64,000 nt of DNA, from positions 71,486,001 to 71,550,000 of the forward strand of contig OX597817.1 in the NCBI GenBank assembly GCA_951406725.2, read 5' to 3'. The notes below the pieces were generated by a model that saw only the letters and a list, made by a program, of their open reading frames with translations, was not told the origin of the DNA and did no database searches. Positions within the stretch are counted from its first letter, which is position 1. Each line of letters starts with the position of its first letter. Of this stretch, positions 52,231 to 64,000 are shown one piece after another. Made by a program: the position numbers and the translations under genes. This DNA is from Octopus vulgaris. Lineage: Eukaryota.

Positions 52231-52274
52231 TGTGTGTGTAGTAAGACTGCAATTGCAACGGTTACTAATCGATG

Positions 52275-52545
52275 TTACTAATCGGCGAGCTGGAAAAGGC
52301 GGCGAGCTGGAAAAGGCGGCGAGCTGGCAGAATCGTTAGCACGCCGGGCAAAATGCTCAGCGGTATTTCGCCTGTCGTTACGTTCTGAGTTCAAATTCCG
52401 CCGAGGTCGACTTTGCCTTTCATCCTTTCGGGGTCGATAAATTAAGTACCAGTTACGCACTGGGGTCGATGTAATCGACTTAATACCTATGTCTGTCCTT
52501 GTTTGTCCCCTCTGTGTTTAGCCCCTTGTGGGTAATAAAGAAATA
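52275..52545 (+). mobile_element. Young tRNA-derived SINE with stuttered 5' end
   Basis: TSD GGTTACTAATCGATG at 52260-52274 and 52546-52560; GGCGAGCTGG repeated three times at the 5' end. Confidence 0.9.
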
Positions 52546-52633
52546 GGTTACTAATCGATGCAGTAGAAACATTTATAGGTCTATAAAAATGAATTAAAGG
52601 TAATGTTAATACTATTTCGCAATAATCCTTATA

Positions 52634-52696
<63 letters not shown>

Positions 52697-53849
52697 TTCT
52701 TTTTGGTTGTTCAGTATTGTTATATCAGATAGCTATATCATTTGCAAAACTGAAGTTAATACGTTTAATATCCGCTTCAACTCTTTCTCCCAAACCACAT
52801 TTTCCAGCAATATCCAGTTCTCTTTTCTCTCTAATCTTTGCATTGGAAGTATTCCTGACTCTTCCCACTCTCTCTCTCCCAACACTCTCCCCTTCCCTCT
52901 TCTCTCTCTCTCTTTCTCTCTCTTACACATACACATACGTGTACACATACGCTGGCTTTCTTTCAAACACTGTACTGAAGATACGACTACGTTCGAATTT
53001 AATCTTTTGTTGTAATTAACTTTCATTATTCTTTATAATTATCATTGACGTGTAGGGACGCGGTATTTTGTCATGTAACCATAATATACTACAAGTATAT
53101 TAAACATTTTTATAAGTCAGTGCCGTGTTCTACTGTGTTAGCAGTGCTATTATATCACTTGTTGGGGTTATTCCTACGTATTTTCTATAGAAATTATAGC
53201 CAGCACCGATTTTGTTACGACATTTCGTATCTGCGATGCTTGATGTAAACAACGAATCGACGATGAAAAATGAGTAATGGCATATATGACATATTTCAGG
53301 AGTTTTTTTCTCGTTTATCAGCACCCATCTAATCCAGTAATCATGTACGAACTCATTTCTTAATGTACTTTATGTTTAGTTTGAAACAATAATGTTCATT
53401 ATTTCAATAGTGTTTCGCAATCTTGTGCTGTATATCTTCTTCCTTAATGAAGTGATGTACGCGCCAGGGGTTGTAAAAAATTAATTGATGAAAAATTACT
53501 TGGTCCAATTAATTGATTGGTGGTCGTACTGCCAATTAAATAATTGATTGCTATCATAATTGCAGTTAATTGCAACATTGTCAGTGAAAGTTTTTCAAAC
53601 GCTCAATTGGCCAATACAGCGTTCTATTATTATTTGAGGTATTGTGTTGACACTTTGTTCTAGCTGCTGAGAATGATTCACACATCCTGTCATGCTTAGG
53701 AATTGACTATTGTGTATGTTGTCAAGTGTTAATGCTTGATTCAGACTGCTGAGAATGGTACACATTCTATCATGCTTGTGAATTGGCTATTGTGTATGTT
53801 GTCAAATAACCGCTGTCGAGTGTTGACGTTTGGTTAGGACAATTGTGAC

Positions 53850-54995
53850 CTTAAAGAAATACACGGAGAAACTTACTCAATAAATGGAAAAGAAAATATC
53901 TGATGAACTTCCAAGTAAATGTCCGTTGGTAATCGACGATTGGACTAAGGGTTCGCCGCATTTCATTGAACTTCTTGCATTTTATTCGTGCAATTATCAA
54001 AATGACTATTGTACTGTTTCACTGGATTTTTTGCCAGTGGTAAGTGAAACATCATTCACTGCTTCTGATTATGTCGAATTTATAGAGTATGTGTTAAGTG
54101 TCTGTAACAAAAATCTAGAAAATGTTGTAGCTATTATTGGAGATAATACTAAAGTGAACAAATCTATTGTGAATTTGTGTAGAATACCATTGGTTGGATG
54201 TACCTCCCATGAATTCAATCTGGCTGTTTCTGCATATCTCGACAAGCAGGAAGTTATGCTTGATAAAATTAATATGTTGATGGGCAGGCTGAAATCATTA
54301 AAACTTGCGGGTAAACTTCGGGAAAAACCGCCTTTGCAACCTATACAAAGAAATAAAACCCGTTCATCCAGTGCTTACGACATGATTTAGAGGTCCATCC
54401 AACTCAAGCTGTTTTTAAACTCTTTTCAAGACAATCCAAAGCTGGTTGATTATCTGCTGACTCCACGCGATCATAGTGACCTGCAGACTATAAAAGACAA
54501 TTTAGGAAAGTTACGCTCAGTAACAGTCGCCTTGCAAAGACGAGAAATAGATTTGGGTGATGCTCGAATTCTTTTTGACGAAATTCTCGCATTACATCCT
54601 TACACGGAGTTTTAAAAATATTTGCTTCCTTCGGCAGCCATTATGCACAGCCCAAATTTTGAAAGTGGAGTTGTGAAAATTGTACAACATGCAGAAGCAG
54701 AGCTACCTGCGGACGAAGTGGCTGCTTCTACATCAGCTGAAAGTGATGACAGACACGTGACAACAGTCTGATATACCTGTAGAAGATGATGATTTTGTTT
54801 CAATTTGTTTAAAAAGCACAAAAAAAAAAGATAAATTTTCACCTCAGCAGTATCTGAACTGTAGATTTTTGTTACCAACGTCCAACATCTTGGAACGTTT
54901 CTTCAGCTCAACAGGTTACGCTTTTAATGATTTTTGACAATACTTAACACCAATGAATTTAGAAATACAATTAGATCTAAAAGTCAATCGCGCTT
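53850..54995 (+). mobile_element. hAT-like transposase pseudogene
   Basis: IDDWT, IGDN, GCTSHEFNLAV (CxxH), NKTRSSSAYDMI (TRWxS), IMHSPNFESGVVKI, LPTSNILERFFS; stops after 54390. Confidence 0.85.
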
Positions 54996-56099
54996 TCTGT
55001 GTTAGTGGTTTATTTAATTGAATATTGATAATGGTACGCCTATTCGTTAGCAACAAATCGGCATCAACATTTCTTCAGTATGCCGACAGCGAACGACACT
55101 ACTTTCCAGTAAAAATTAAGTACGAGGCTATAAAAATAAGATCTTTTTAAAAGTAAAATTGTTAATGCATGGCGTTTTACCGCACAGATTCGAACCACTC
55201 ATGTTCTTGATTGGATATTCTGTAGTGCAGCCGATTCGGATTTCAAGAAATGGACTGACAAGCTAATGATTTATTCTAAGTGCAGATATAAAAGAAAGAG
55301 TCAGTTAACTCTTTATTTCTTCCACAAATACTTTCGCAAGTCTTTTATACATTTTCTAATAAGACCATTTTTGCGTAATCTTATTAAGGATTATTTGCTG
55401 TATTTTCTTCTTAATTCTTTACAGTTTGCTTTCAGCATTAACCTACCAAGGTTTATTAACGTTTCTATAACTTCAGAGTCCTATTTTCAGGATGAAGTGG
55501 TTTGGTTTTTGGCCATTTTAATATATGAAACAAACATCATAAGATAAATATTTGGTTACTGATTTTTGTTGTTTAACCTCTGATCAGCCCTGATCAAGAA
55601 TGTTTCAGCTTTAATCATCTTATATTTTTATATGTCTATGATTACATTATACAATGTCTTCTTATTTTATGATAGTGAAGAGTAATCTGAGCGAGATTCA
55701 ACTCCTATTTCTCGTAGATCTAGCGACTGCGTGCTTCTTTTTTCCGTGGATTCTCTCTCATTATCGCTGAGTTTGCCCGTTAACTTCAGTGATGGAATAC
55801 ATGCTTTGCTGTTGTTGTTGCCGCTGTTTAAGCCCTTCTCTGGTTGTTATTTCTTGAAGGTTGGTCAATTCCTTAAAAGCTCATATGTTTATTCATAGTA
55901 CAAGTTGGACATTTTGAGTTAGCTCTTATTAGTTCGGTGATCTGCACTAAGGTGGTGCTGTTAGGAGCTCCAAGCTACCAAACTTTGTTAACGTTCGTCG
56001 GAAGTGTTATTGTATTATTTTTAATTTTAAACTTTGATCGGGAATTGATAAAATATCGATTTAAACGTGAAACGAAATGACAAGACAGGGCCTCTTTAG

Positions 56100-57730
56100 A
56101 AATTAATATTTGTTTATCAGCATTATCGTTGGTCCGACGCTAGCCATATCCTATGGCTTTCTGATTTTAAAAGGAACAACTTCTATAGTTTTTGTCAATA
56201 AATAGAATAAAGTAATATATGTGATGTAGTCTTCGGAGAAGAGGACTTTGTTTAGGACTACTTAAAGGACGCTTCAGATATAAGATCAAGTACCCTCTTC
56301 TAAATGTAAATCACCGTCTTGCAGTCTAGAGTGAACTCATTCATTCGTACTGTGTTTATTACTGTTAACTAACACTTAACAAATTTACTGGCGGAGAGCA
56401 TCTTCCTTTCCATCCTCATTTTCTTTTTTAGCTTGAATAAGTCGATGGGGACCGAAGAAAGAAGTTTCTATCTTCAGTTCTTTTAGTCTCATTTACTTAC
56501 TTCTCGATATTGACCCCATTTAGAAAAGGTTGCCTGTCCATTCCAGTTACAAGAAGTCAGTGGAGAAATCTTCCCGATAACTCAATATGTCAGCTGAGAT
56601 ACTGAGTGAATGTATGCAAAACAGATTTGTTACTTTTCTCGAATCTCAGATAGATTCGGCAGGCGACAAATCTAAAGTGTTTGTAGAGTTTATCTCTAAC
56701 TGGCTATACTCCACAGTAGCATCTCCAAGCCAGAAATTTCTGAAAATTATCTGTAATTTCTCAGATGAAAGTTCTCTGGACTAGACTACCATTGATACTC
56801 ATCGGTATTCATAATCTCCATACTTCCTTTGAAAACGTCTTATCTCTTCCCCACAACTGCTCCTCTGAAGATCTCTAACATGGAAGTGCCACCGACTGCA
56901 TTGACCTTATTCATAGAGGGCTGTGGGCATCAGGCAACATTTAAATATCAGACGTCCAGCTTTGGTCTTTTCCAGAAGCGCAGCTCCATCAAAGAAATGA
57001 ACTGTGGAAGGACCTACATGACAAAGGGTGACTACAACCGCTGACCAGCAAATAAGTTTTGTAGGTTCCGTAACCTAGGGCATGTCAACACATCAACAAC
57101 CATAGTATATCGAGCCTTCCACGCAGAGAGTGTAAAGGGTAGATGGATCGTTTGATCAGTTGAACACGTCCCTTCGACACGGTGTGGATAAACAGACATT
57201 CCAGTCCGGTCAAAAGAAAACTGAGACAAGCACAACGGTCAGGCGGTAAATTATAACGGAAGTAATGTATACTTTCGTCACATCTGTCTGACTTTTCATG
57301 TTAGACAGCCCCTCTCTGGGTGTGACTGACCTCACTGTTTACCATCTCAACCCAGTTCTTATCTACCTGAAGGACTGGACCAAACCAGATTCCTAGTAAC
57401 TTAATCAGTCTTTCTGTCTAGTACACTACGCTGTCCGATAGTATGGACAAACCTCTCTATGTGTTACATCCAAACCTCTCTATGTGTTACTTGTCCCTGT
57501 TAATCTTTGCTTATGATTAACGTCTTTGCCACGCATTCCTAGAATGATGCCCATTACCTTAACTTCCATGGTATCCTACGCCATTACAGTGACGTCTTCC
57601 GCGCATGCTAACATGATACTTTCGCATCTCAGATTAAACAGTATGTCCTTCAACAGCCCAAGTTTCTGCAGCCAGTACAAACACGGAGGGTGGGAGAAGA
57701 TACTCTTGGTGGAAGATACAGTGGCGCAAC
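56100..57730 (-). mobile_element. Decayed L1/Tx1-like LINE
   Basis: LACAEDVTVMA (degenerate YADD), KLLGIWFGP, VYPHRV and downstream segments paralleling the element at 58.2-59.2 kb. Confidence 0.6.
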
Positions 57731-58104
57731 TAGTTTGTACCGCCCGGGACGCGAAATTTTTTTTTCTCACAAGAGTTCTGGACCCCAGTAATGAACTCAT
57801 TTGCATAGAGCCTATAGTGATTGTCAGTAAGTGACATCCTATAAATTTATAATTGCATGCGAGAAAGAGCGGTCACCATCTTGTACGCAAACGACAAGAA
57901 AATAAGAATTTGTAAGACGTTTGTAATAAGTCATAACATATCTATTACTGGATGTAAGATTAATCGAAGGAAAAGCGTGTAACATCACATAAACATATTT
58001 TGCAACTACATGTCTCAAAGCAAATAAGGCGAACATCCGCGCGTGCGTGTGTGTATGCGAGTGGCGTGACTCGATGCATGTCTAGGAATCGACAGGCAAG
58101 AGTG

Positions 58105-59250
58105 ATTTCTTTATTAGCCTATAATGGGCTTACATAGATAAGGGGGCAGGGACAAACAATGGACAAATTACAGGAGAGGGGATCTTGATGTTTGTGGATG
58201 AAAACTATAATGAAAGTCGTTATGAGTTAAAAATTAATTTGATACAATATATAACTAAGTTAAAGTATATTTTAATTGTACATAATTGGTCGGCGAGTTT
58301 ATTCAACCCACCGGTTTTGAACCTTTGTTTTTTTCCCATATTTTTGGGCAGTAACATGTTTTCTTCCTTCTTTGCCGTTATGACAGGCTACACCAGCACG
58401 GCCCCCATTCATGCTCAACTTTCTTACAACATTTTTCCATCTTTTCTCATACACACTGTGAGGCAGGTACTTCCTTTCCAGACGGACTTTCCTCACAAGG
58501 TGGAAGTTAAACCAACTTCCCAACCCTTGTCCGGAGATAAAGTGGTCTATCTCAATTCCTTTTGCACGTGTTCTCCATACTGTCTCTTTCAATATGGCTA
58601 CCACGCAGAAGAAAGCTGCTCTCCTTTCCTTGTTAATGGAGGGAGGCGGTACAATCTTAACAATAGACTCAGTCGAAAGCCGTACTCCTTCCCCATCCAA
58701 CATCATTTGTTCGACATAGGTCAGCAACCCCCTCAACTGACAATGAACGGAGACGTGCGTGACAGTTTCACTGACGCGCCTGCACCTCGGTCATGTTCGG
58801 GTTGGGTGTTAAAACCATGTCTGGAAACCTCTCCTGAACCGGTAGGACAGAACGATAGAACAACCAAGCCAAGGATTTCTGGAAATTATCCAGATACCTC
58901 AGCCCGAATGTCCTCTCAAACAGGTTAGTCAGTTGTTTGTCGTCAAAGCCCAAAGCGTTTCCCAGGACGTCGTCAGACTTAAACTGTACCAACCCTCTAT
59001 AAAATTCCGCTGTTGTAACCTCACTGTCGGTATTGCTCGCCCGGGAGAATAGAGTGAATGCTTGTCTGCACTCCCTCTGCCATTCCCCCATCTTAGGCCT
59101 CCGCCTGATCCATGTGCCTAAGTCCGTGAGGGACTCCAATTGTGGAAAAATCTGTTTGGCGTGCGATGACCACACCTTGTCACCATCTTGGTCAGTCACA
59201 AACCGGGGCAAGGCACGATGGTTAGGCGGTAGGTTAACACAGATTCAAAA
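58105..59250 (-). mobile_element. 5'-truncated L1/Tx1-like LINE ORF2 C-terminus and 3' UTR
   Basis: ORFs 58768-59211 and 58299-58736 (EFYRGL, Cys/His zf-RVT-like remnant, LSTESIVKI, KETVWRTR); 3' end ...AATAAAGAAAT at ~58105. Confidence 0.7.
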
Positions 59251-59299
59251 CTAAAGACGGAAATAATAATAAAGCATTTATTGGTATCCTACCATCTCA

Positions 59300-59815
59300 G
59301 AGTACCATCTATATCACAGAGTATCACATTTGGAGAATTTTGTATCACTGTGACATTTGGAGATCACTATAAACAGTATTCTTGTTTTTACCATTTGGTG
59401 TGAGTATGAAGAAATTGTTGCCATTTCCAACACTGGAACGACCAACATAGAGTTAACCCCGAGAAAAGCACTGCTGCATGAGGTGAAATCCAACAATTTT
59501 CAGTCATTATCTTTGAATCTTGTTAACTGGCATTGCAAAACTAACTCTCACTAGAAATTGAAGTCTCTTGAATTTAAAGGGCATGTCTACTGGAATCAGT
59601 GGAATTCTGGGAATAAAAACATTTTCTCCCTTTCCTTGTCCAGTGAGTATTGTTGCTTCCAAAGGATGTGGATACATTTGCTCGACAATCAGTCTTGTTC
59701 CATTGCATAGCTTTAGAAGATCCAGATTTCTCAAAAGCATGATTGGAACTCCTTTCTTTAATGTCAGTTTGTGAGAAGGCATTCCAGGAGGATCTGAAAT
59801 GTTAAGAAACTCAGT
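59300..59815 (-). mobile_element. Helitron Rep/Hel PIF1-helicase C-terminal fragment
   Basis: PGMPSHKLTLKKGVPIMLLRNLD..KLCNGTRL...FIPRIPLIP...FKRLQFLVRVSFAMPVNK. Confidence 0.9.
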
Positions 59816-59833
59816 AGTTATTATTATAGAAGA

Positions 59834-59984
<151 letters not shown>

Positions 59985-60744
59985 TGTATCTGTGTCTGTG
60001 TTTGTCCCCCAACTCCTATTGATGACTTGTGTTGGTGTGTTTACGTTCACGTAACTTAGCAGTTCGGTAAAGAAGTCAATAAAAAAGTACCAGACATAAA
60101 AAAAAGAACTGGTTTCGATTTGTTCGATTAAAATTCTTCAAGTTGGTGCCCAGCGTGGTTACAGTCTGATTGAAAAATATAAATAAACCACTAAATTCCT
60201 TAGTAAAACTTTAAGCTAAGGAAGGTAACTCTTGTTCACCTATCTCAGTAATACTACGGCATGAAACCTCTCACGATCGCTTTACCTGATTGAAATAGCA
60301 ACCCAAATGCTTTTAAATCAGATCCTAATGCTGGATGTTCAAGAACTAAATGAAGGGCAGATTTTCAATCCCGGGATCATCCTGATTCTAAAAAAGGTAT
60401 ATACATATATATATATATATATCTGAAGAGCAAACGTAGACTGGGATACAGGGGTCCCAGACGGACAGACAGAACATCGCTTTTATTAATATACATATCA
60501 TACTATGATGCGTTGTGTTCTTAAGCCAAACACTTCATCTTACGCTGCTTTGCGATAACTTCATACCTGACGCGTGGTACACTGTGCACCTGTTCAGGCA
60601 AAGTCGATTTGACGGAGAGAGTGAGCTAATGTACAACACAAGCAAATGATCACCATAAACAAATCATTGGTGTAGGTCGTTCGGCAAAAGCTGAACACTC
60701 AGGCGTCGTCTTCGACGGGAGAGTCCATTATGTATTATAATATA

Positions 60745-61135
60745 CTAGCAGTGTCGTCCGGCATTGCTCCGGTTTTTTTCGACCCTTTAGAATTGGAACT
60801 TTTGAAAAGTAAAAATTTTGCATTATGTAGCTTGTTATTCTCTTTAAGTGAACATTTTCCTGGTTGAAATACACCGAAAAATGGCGACACAGCAGTAAAA
60901 AAATCGTAGAAAATAGGGATTATCATTAAAAAAAAGCACCTTTTTGATGTAAATAATTTTTGGTGTTAACATGGTCCGATTTGAATTTTATCTTCTACGG
61001 AATGAAGAGCAAGTCTTCTTTTATCATACTCTCAATTTTGGTCAACTTATGCCGCAGGGTCTCGGAGGAGATAGTGTTAGTTGAAGACTACCAAACGTGC
61101 CACACACAGACAACTTCAGCTTTTATATATATAGA
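60745..61135 (-). mobile_element. Non-autonomous Helitron
   Basis: Minus strand starts TC(TATATATATAAA) and ends with hairpin CCGGAGCAATGCCGG followed by CTAG; inserted between A and T. Confidence 0.8.
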
Positions 61136-61379
61136 TTATTATATTATATTATATTATATTATATTATATTATATTATATTTTATTATGTTATATCATATT
61201 ACATTACATTCCTCAAATTTGTCGAGTTGCCATCAATCATGAATTTGCAACATTTCAGGAGAACAGAAGTCTTTGGACAGGTTTTTCCTTCAAATATGAC
61301 ATTTTCAAGAGGAGTATCGCGGCGGAATCACATTCCAATTAAAAATGTCCAGCAGTAAAACCTGTTATGGTGGTACAAG

Positions 61380-61411
61380 TTGTTGTTTGTTGCTGCTGCT
61401 GCTGCTGCTGC

Positions 61412-61451
<40 letters not shown>

Positions 61452-61546
61452 CTTCTTCTTCTTCTTCTTCTTCTTCTTCTTCTTCTTCTTCTTCTTCTTC
61501 TTCTTCACGCACATACACTCACTCACTCACTCACTCACTCACTCAT
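61380..61546. repeat. Compound microsatellite (TGC)n(TGT)n(TCT)n(ACTC)n
   Basis: Directly visible. Confidence 0.95.
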
Positions 61547-61549
61547 TCA

Positions 61550-61710
61550 TATTTCTTTACTGCCCACAAGGGGCTAAACATAGAAGGGACAAACAAGGAC
61601 AGACAAACGGATTAAGTCGATTACATCGACCCCAGTGGATGAAAGGCAAAGTGGACCTCGGCGGAATTTGAACTCAGAACGTAACGGCAGACGAAATACT
61701 CGCCGCCTTA
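61550..61710 (-). mobile_element. Internally deleted copy of the tRNA-derived SINE
   Basis: Reverse complement of the SINE tail (ATTTCTTTA.TGCCCACAAGGGGCTAAAC) and B-box region, ending CGCCGCCTT. Confidence 0.8.
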
Positions 61711-62289
61711 ACTCATTCACTCACTCACTCACACATGCATTCACACTAGCGCACACTCATGCACTCATATGCATCAACGCATACATATGCGCGTAAAATC
61801 TGTATGCAGACTGTTAGGTGCATATATGTGTGCGTATGTAAGTACCTGTATATGTCTGTGCGCGTGCATACATGCAGATGTGCATACATATGTGTGTGTG
61901 CGTTCATGCGTGTGTGTAATCAACAAAACATGGCTAAAATTGAAACTGTAATAATCAATGCAAGGGAAATAATTCTGTAACAATTATCTGAATTATTTCC
62001 CTTGCTACTTTTCAAATTCTACGTATAAATGACGAGAGATGCAAATATGTATTAATTTTACAATTTAAAAGGAGAGTCACTGATAAAAAGAATTGTAACT
62101 GAGTGAAATGGAAGGGGTTGGCAACTATACCACGGCTGTCATTCAGAGAGAAGCATTTTAACTTCTCATTTACCTCTGTCATCAGCATCTCTCCCCTTCC
62201 TTTTCTTTCTCTCACTCTGCTTTATTCTTTATCTCACTCTTCTTTTCTCTCACTCACTCACTCACCCAGTCTTTCTTTCTTTCTCTCTC

Positions 62290-62723
62290 TCACACACACA
62301 CGAATACATACACACACACATACATACACATACGCATACATACACACACATACACAGACTCACACATACAATACATGCTAACACTCAATGAGCAGACGAT
62401 AACTAAAGAAAACTGTTTATGTACACACACGCATACACACACACACACACACGCATACACACACACACATACACAGACTCACACATACAATACATGCTAA
62501 CACTCAATGAGCAGACGGTAACTAAAGAAAACTGTATATGTACACACACGCATACATACACACACACACACACACGCATACATACACACACACACTCACA
62601 CGCATGCACACACACACACACATACACAGACTCACACATACAATACATGCTAACACTCAATGAGCAGACGATAACTAAAGAAATGTGTATGTGTCTGAGT
62701 GTATGAGTGTGTGTATATCTATA

Positions 62724-62780
<57 letters not shown>

Positions 62781-62790
62781 ATGTATAGAG
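62290..62790. repeat. Minisatellite: three copies of a ~60-bp core embedded in (CA)n
   Basis: CAGACTCACACATACAATACATGCTAACACTCAATGAGCAGACG.TAACTAAAGAAA at ~62355, ~62474 and ~62627. Confidence 0.9.
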
Positions 62791-63659
62791 TTATACACAT
62801 ACATTTAAGTTTAATAAGAAAGTCTCCAAGCAGTTACACGACCTGCTAGAAATAACTATCAAATCTTCGTGAATGACACATTGCCATCTTTAAAAACTGA
62901 GGGACATATTGAATAAGAAGGAAAATAAAGACAGATTATTAGAAGCTTGAGTATGTTTGATCGACATGATTATATTCGTAGTAGAGTTTTCGAGAAGTGT
63001 TCGTACTGAACAAATACAATATTGCCTCACATTGCTATTTTGATTGGTTATCTAATGGGAAAAGATTCACTTAGACTGTCGTTTTGTGCGTGACTGCACG
63101 TGTTGTCAACTCTTTTAATCTTTTACTCGTTTCAGCCATGCGGCCGTGTTCAAATGAAATATTAGCAGAAGTCTGCGTTACGCACGCCATATAATACCTC
63201 ATAACTTATTGGGGTTTTTTTTCTTTGAATCTTCGGAAAATTTTTGCGAATTTGTATTCTTGTACAGAATTGACACAAATATGCAAAAACAAAAAAGAAA
63301 GAAAGAAAAAAGAAAGAAATTTGGTACGTGATTTAAGGCCTATTTAGCTATTATTTTTAGCACGTCTCATGACCATCTCGTACCTCATGTGTTTTAATAA
63401 GCGAAAAATGACAACGTGGGTCAAACAGCCTGGTAATAGCTTTGCTTGTTACGATGGAAACAGGCACCTATATGTCTGTAGCTTTCGATTGGCTAAAATT
63501 ACTCCAAATTTGCAAAATTTAAAAGCTATTAACAATTTATTTATTTATGGTGAAAATGAATTTCATGTCAATGAATACTATACAAAACTACACCAATACA
63601 ACAAGCATGAAATCAACTGGAGCAAAAATTGAATAAATTGAAAAGTGGCAGCCAAAGAG

Positions 63660-63930
63660 GAAAAGATCCTCCATTTACCCCCAGAATACCCTAGATTTCG
63701 TCTGACACAGAAATACATTCCGTATTTAAAAGGCAACGATTTCCAATAAAACTCAGCTTTTGCTATGTCTTTAAATACATGTCAGGAACAAACTTTATCT
63801 GTTGTTGAGCTAAGAACATTGTTTCTGTCATGAATAACTTTATGCTATATTACAAGACTGGGAAGTCCATGCAATATTTTTATTTATGCTCCTTCTGTAA
63901 AATCACGTAACATGTTTTATAAGGGTGTTC
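63660..63930 (+). mobile_element. Decayed Helitron helicase C-terminal remnant
   Basis: PRIP..S...FKRQRFPIK..FAMSLNTCQEQTLSVV resembles PRIP...FKRRQFPIRLAFAMTINKSQGQTL. Confidence 0.65.
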
Positions 63931-64000
63931 TGGATTTACACTAAATAGTAAATAAGAGGAAAAAACAAATAACACAATTAACTGGAGAAAGGTGGCATGG

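Noticed and set aside
52314-52405. tRNA gene
   Set aside because: A/B-box-like motifs are present, but they continue into SINE body and tail with a TSD and occur in multiple copies; this is a SINE head.
58185-58928. Longest ORF in the track (247 aa, + strand)
   Set aside because: It is the antisense shadow of the L1/Tx1-like ORF2 and has no recognisable domain.
62350-62690. Conserved 60-bp repeat with variable spacers
   Set aside because: The spacers are (CA)n microsatellite length variants, so this is a minisatellite.

Overview
AT-rich, repeat-dense eukaryotic DNA. The repeat landscape (RTE LINEs with (TGA)n tails, tRNA-like SINEs, long microsatellites) points to a coleoid cephalopod such as Octopus; this is inference. 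I found no intact protein-coding gene. Most of the window is decayed transposons: RTE, R4/Dong-like, CR1-like and L1/Tx1-like LINEs, Tc1/mariner, pogo, hAT-like, Helitron, MITEs and a solo LTR. The main non-transposon structure is four paralogous ~0.7-1 kb cassettes at ~6.3-7.1, 19.3-20.1, 26.1-27.0 and 41.6-42.7 kb, all in the same orientation. Read on the - strand, each has an NRF1-like GCGCATGTG plus ETS CGGAAG pair at invariant 17-nt spacing, a short non-coding exon carrying a tiny uORF, a perfect GAA|GTAAGT donor and an intronic ETS-like palindrome. No coding body is recognisable between the cassettes, which suggests an array of alternative promoters/first exons. Other notable items: an orphan, donor-less Son-of-sevenless REM exon; a divergent but structure-preserving 28S rRNA (sarcin-ricin loop) fragment fused to a SINE inside one TSD; and a 3' tail shared between that SINE family and an L1/Tx1-like LINE. 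All calls come from reading the sequence by eye; no searches were run.
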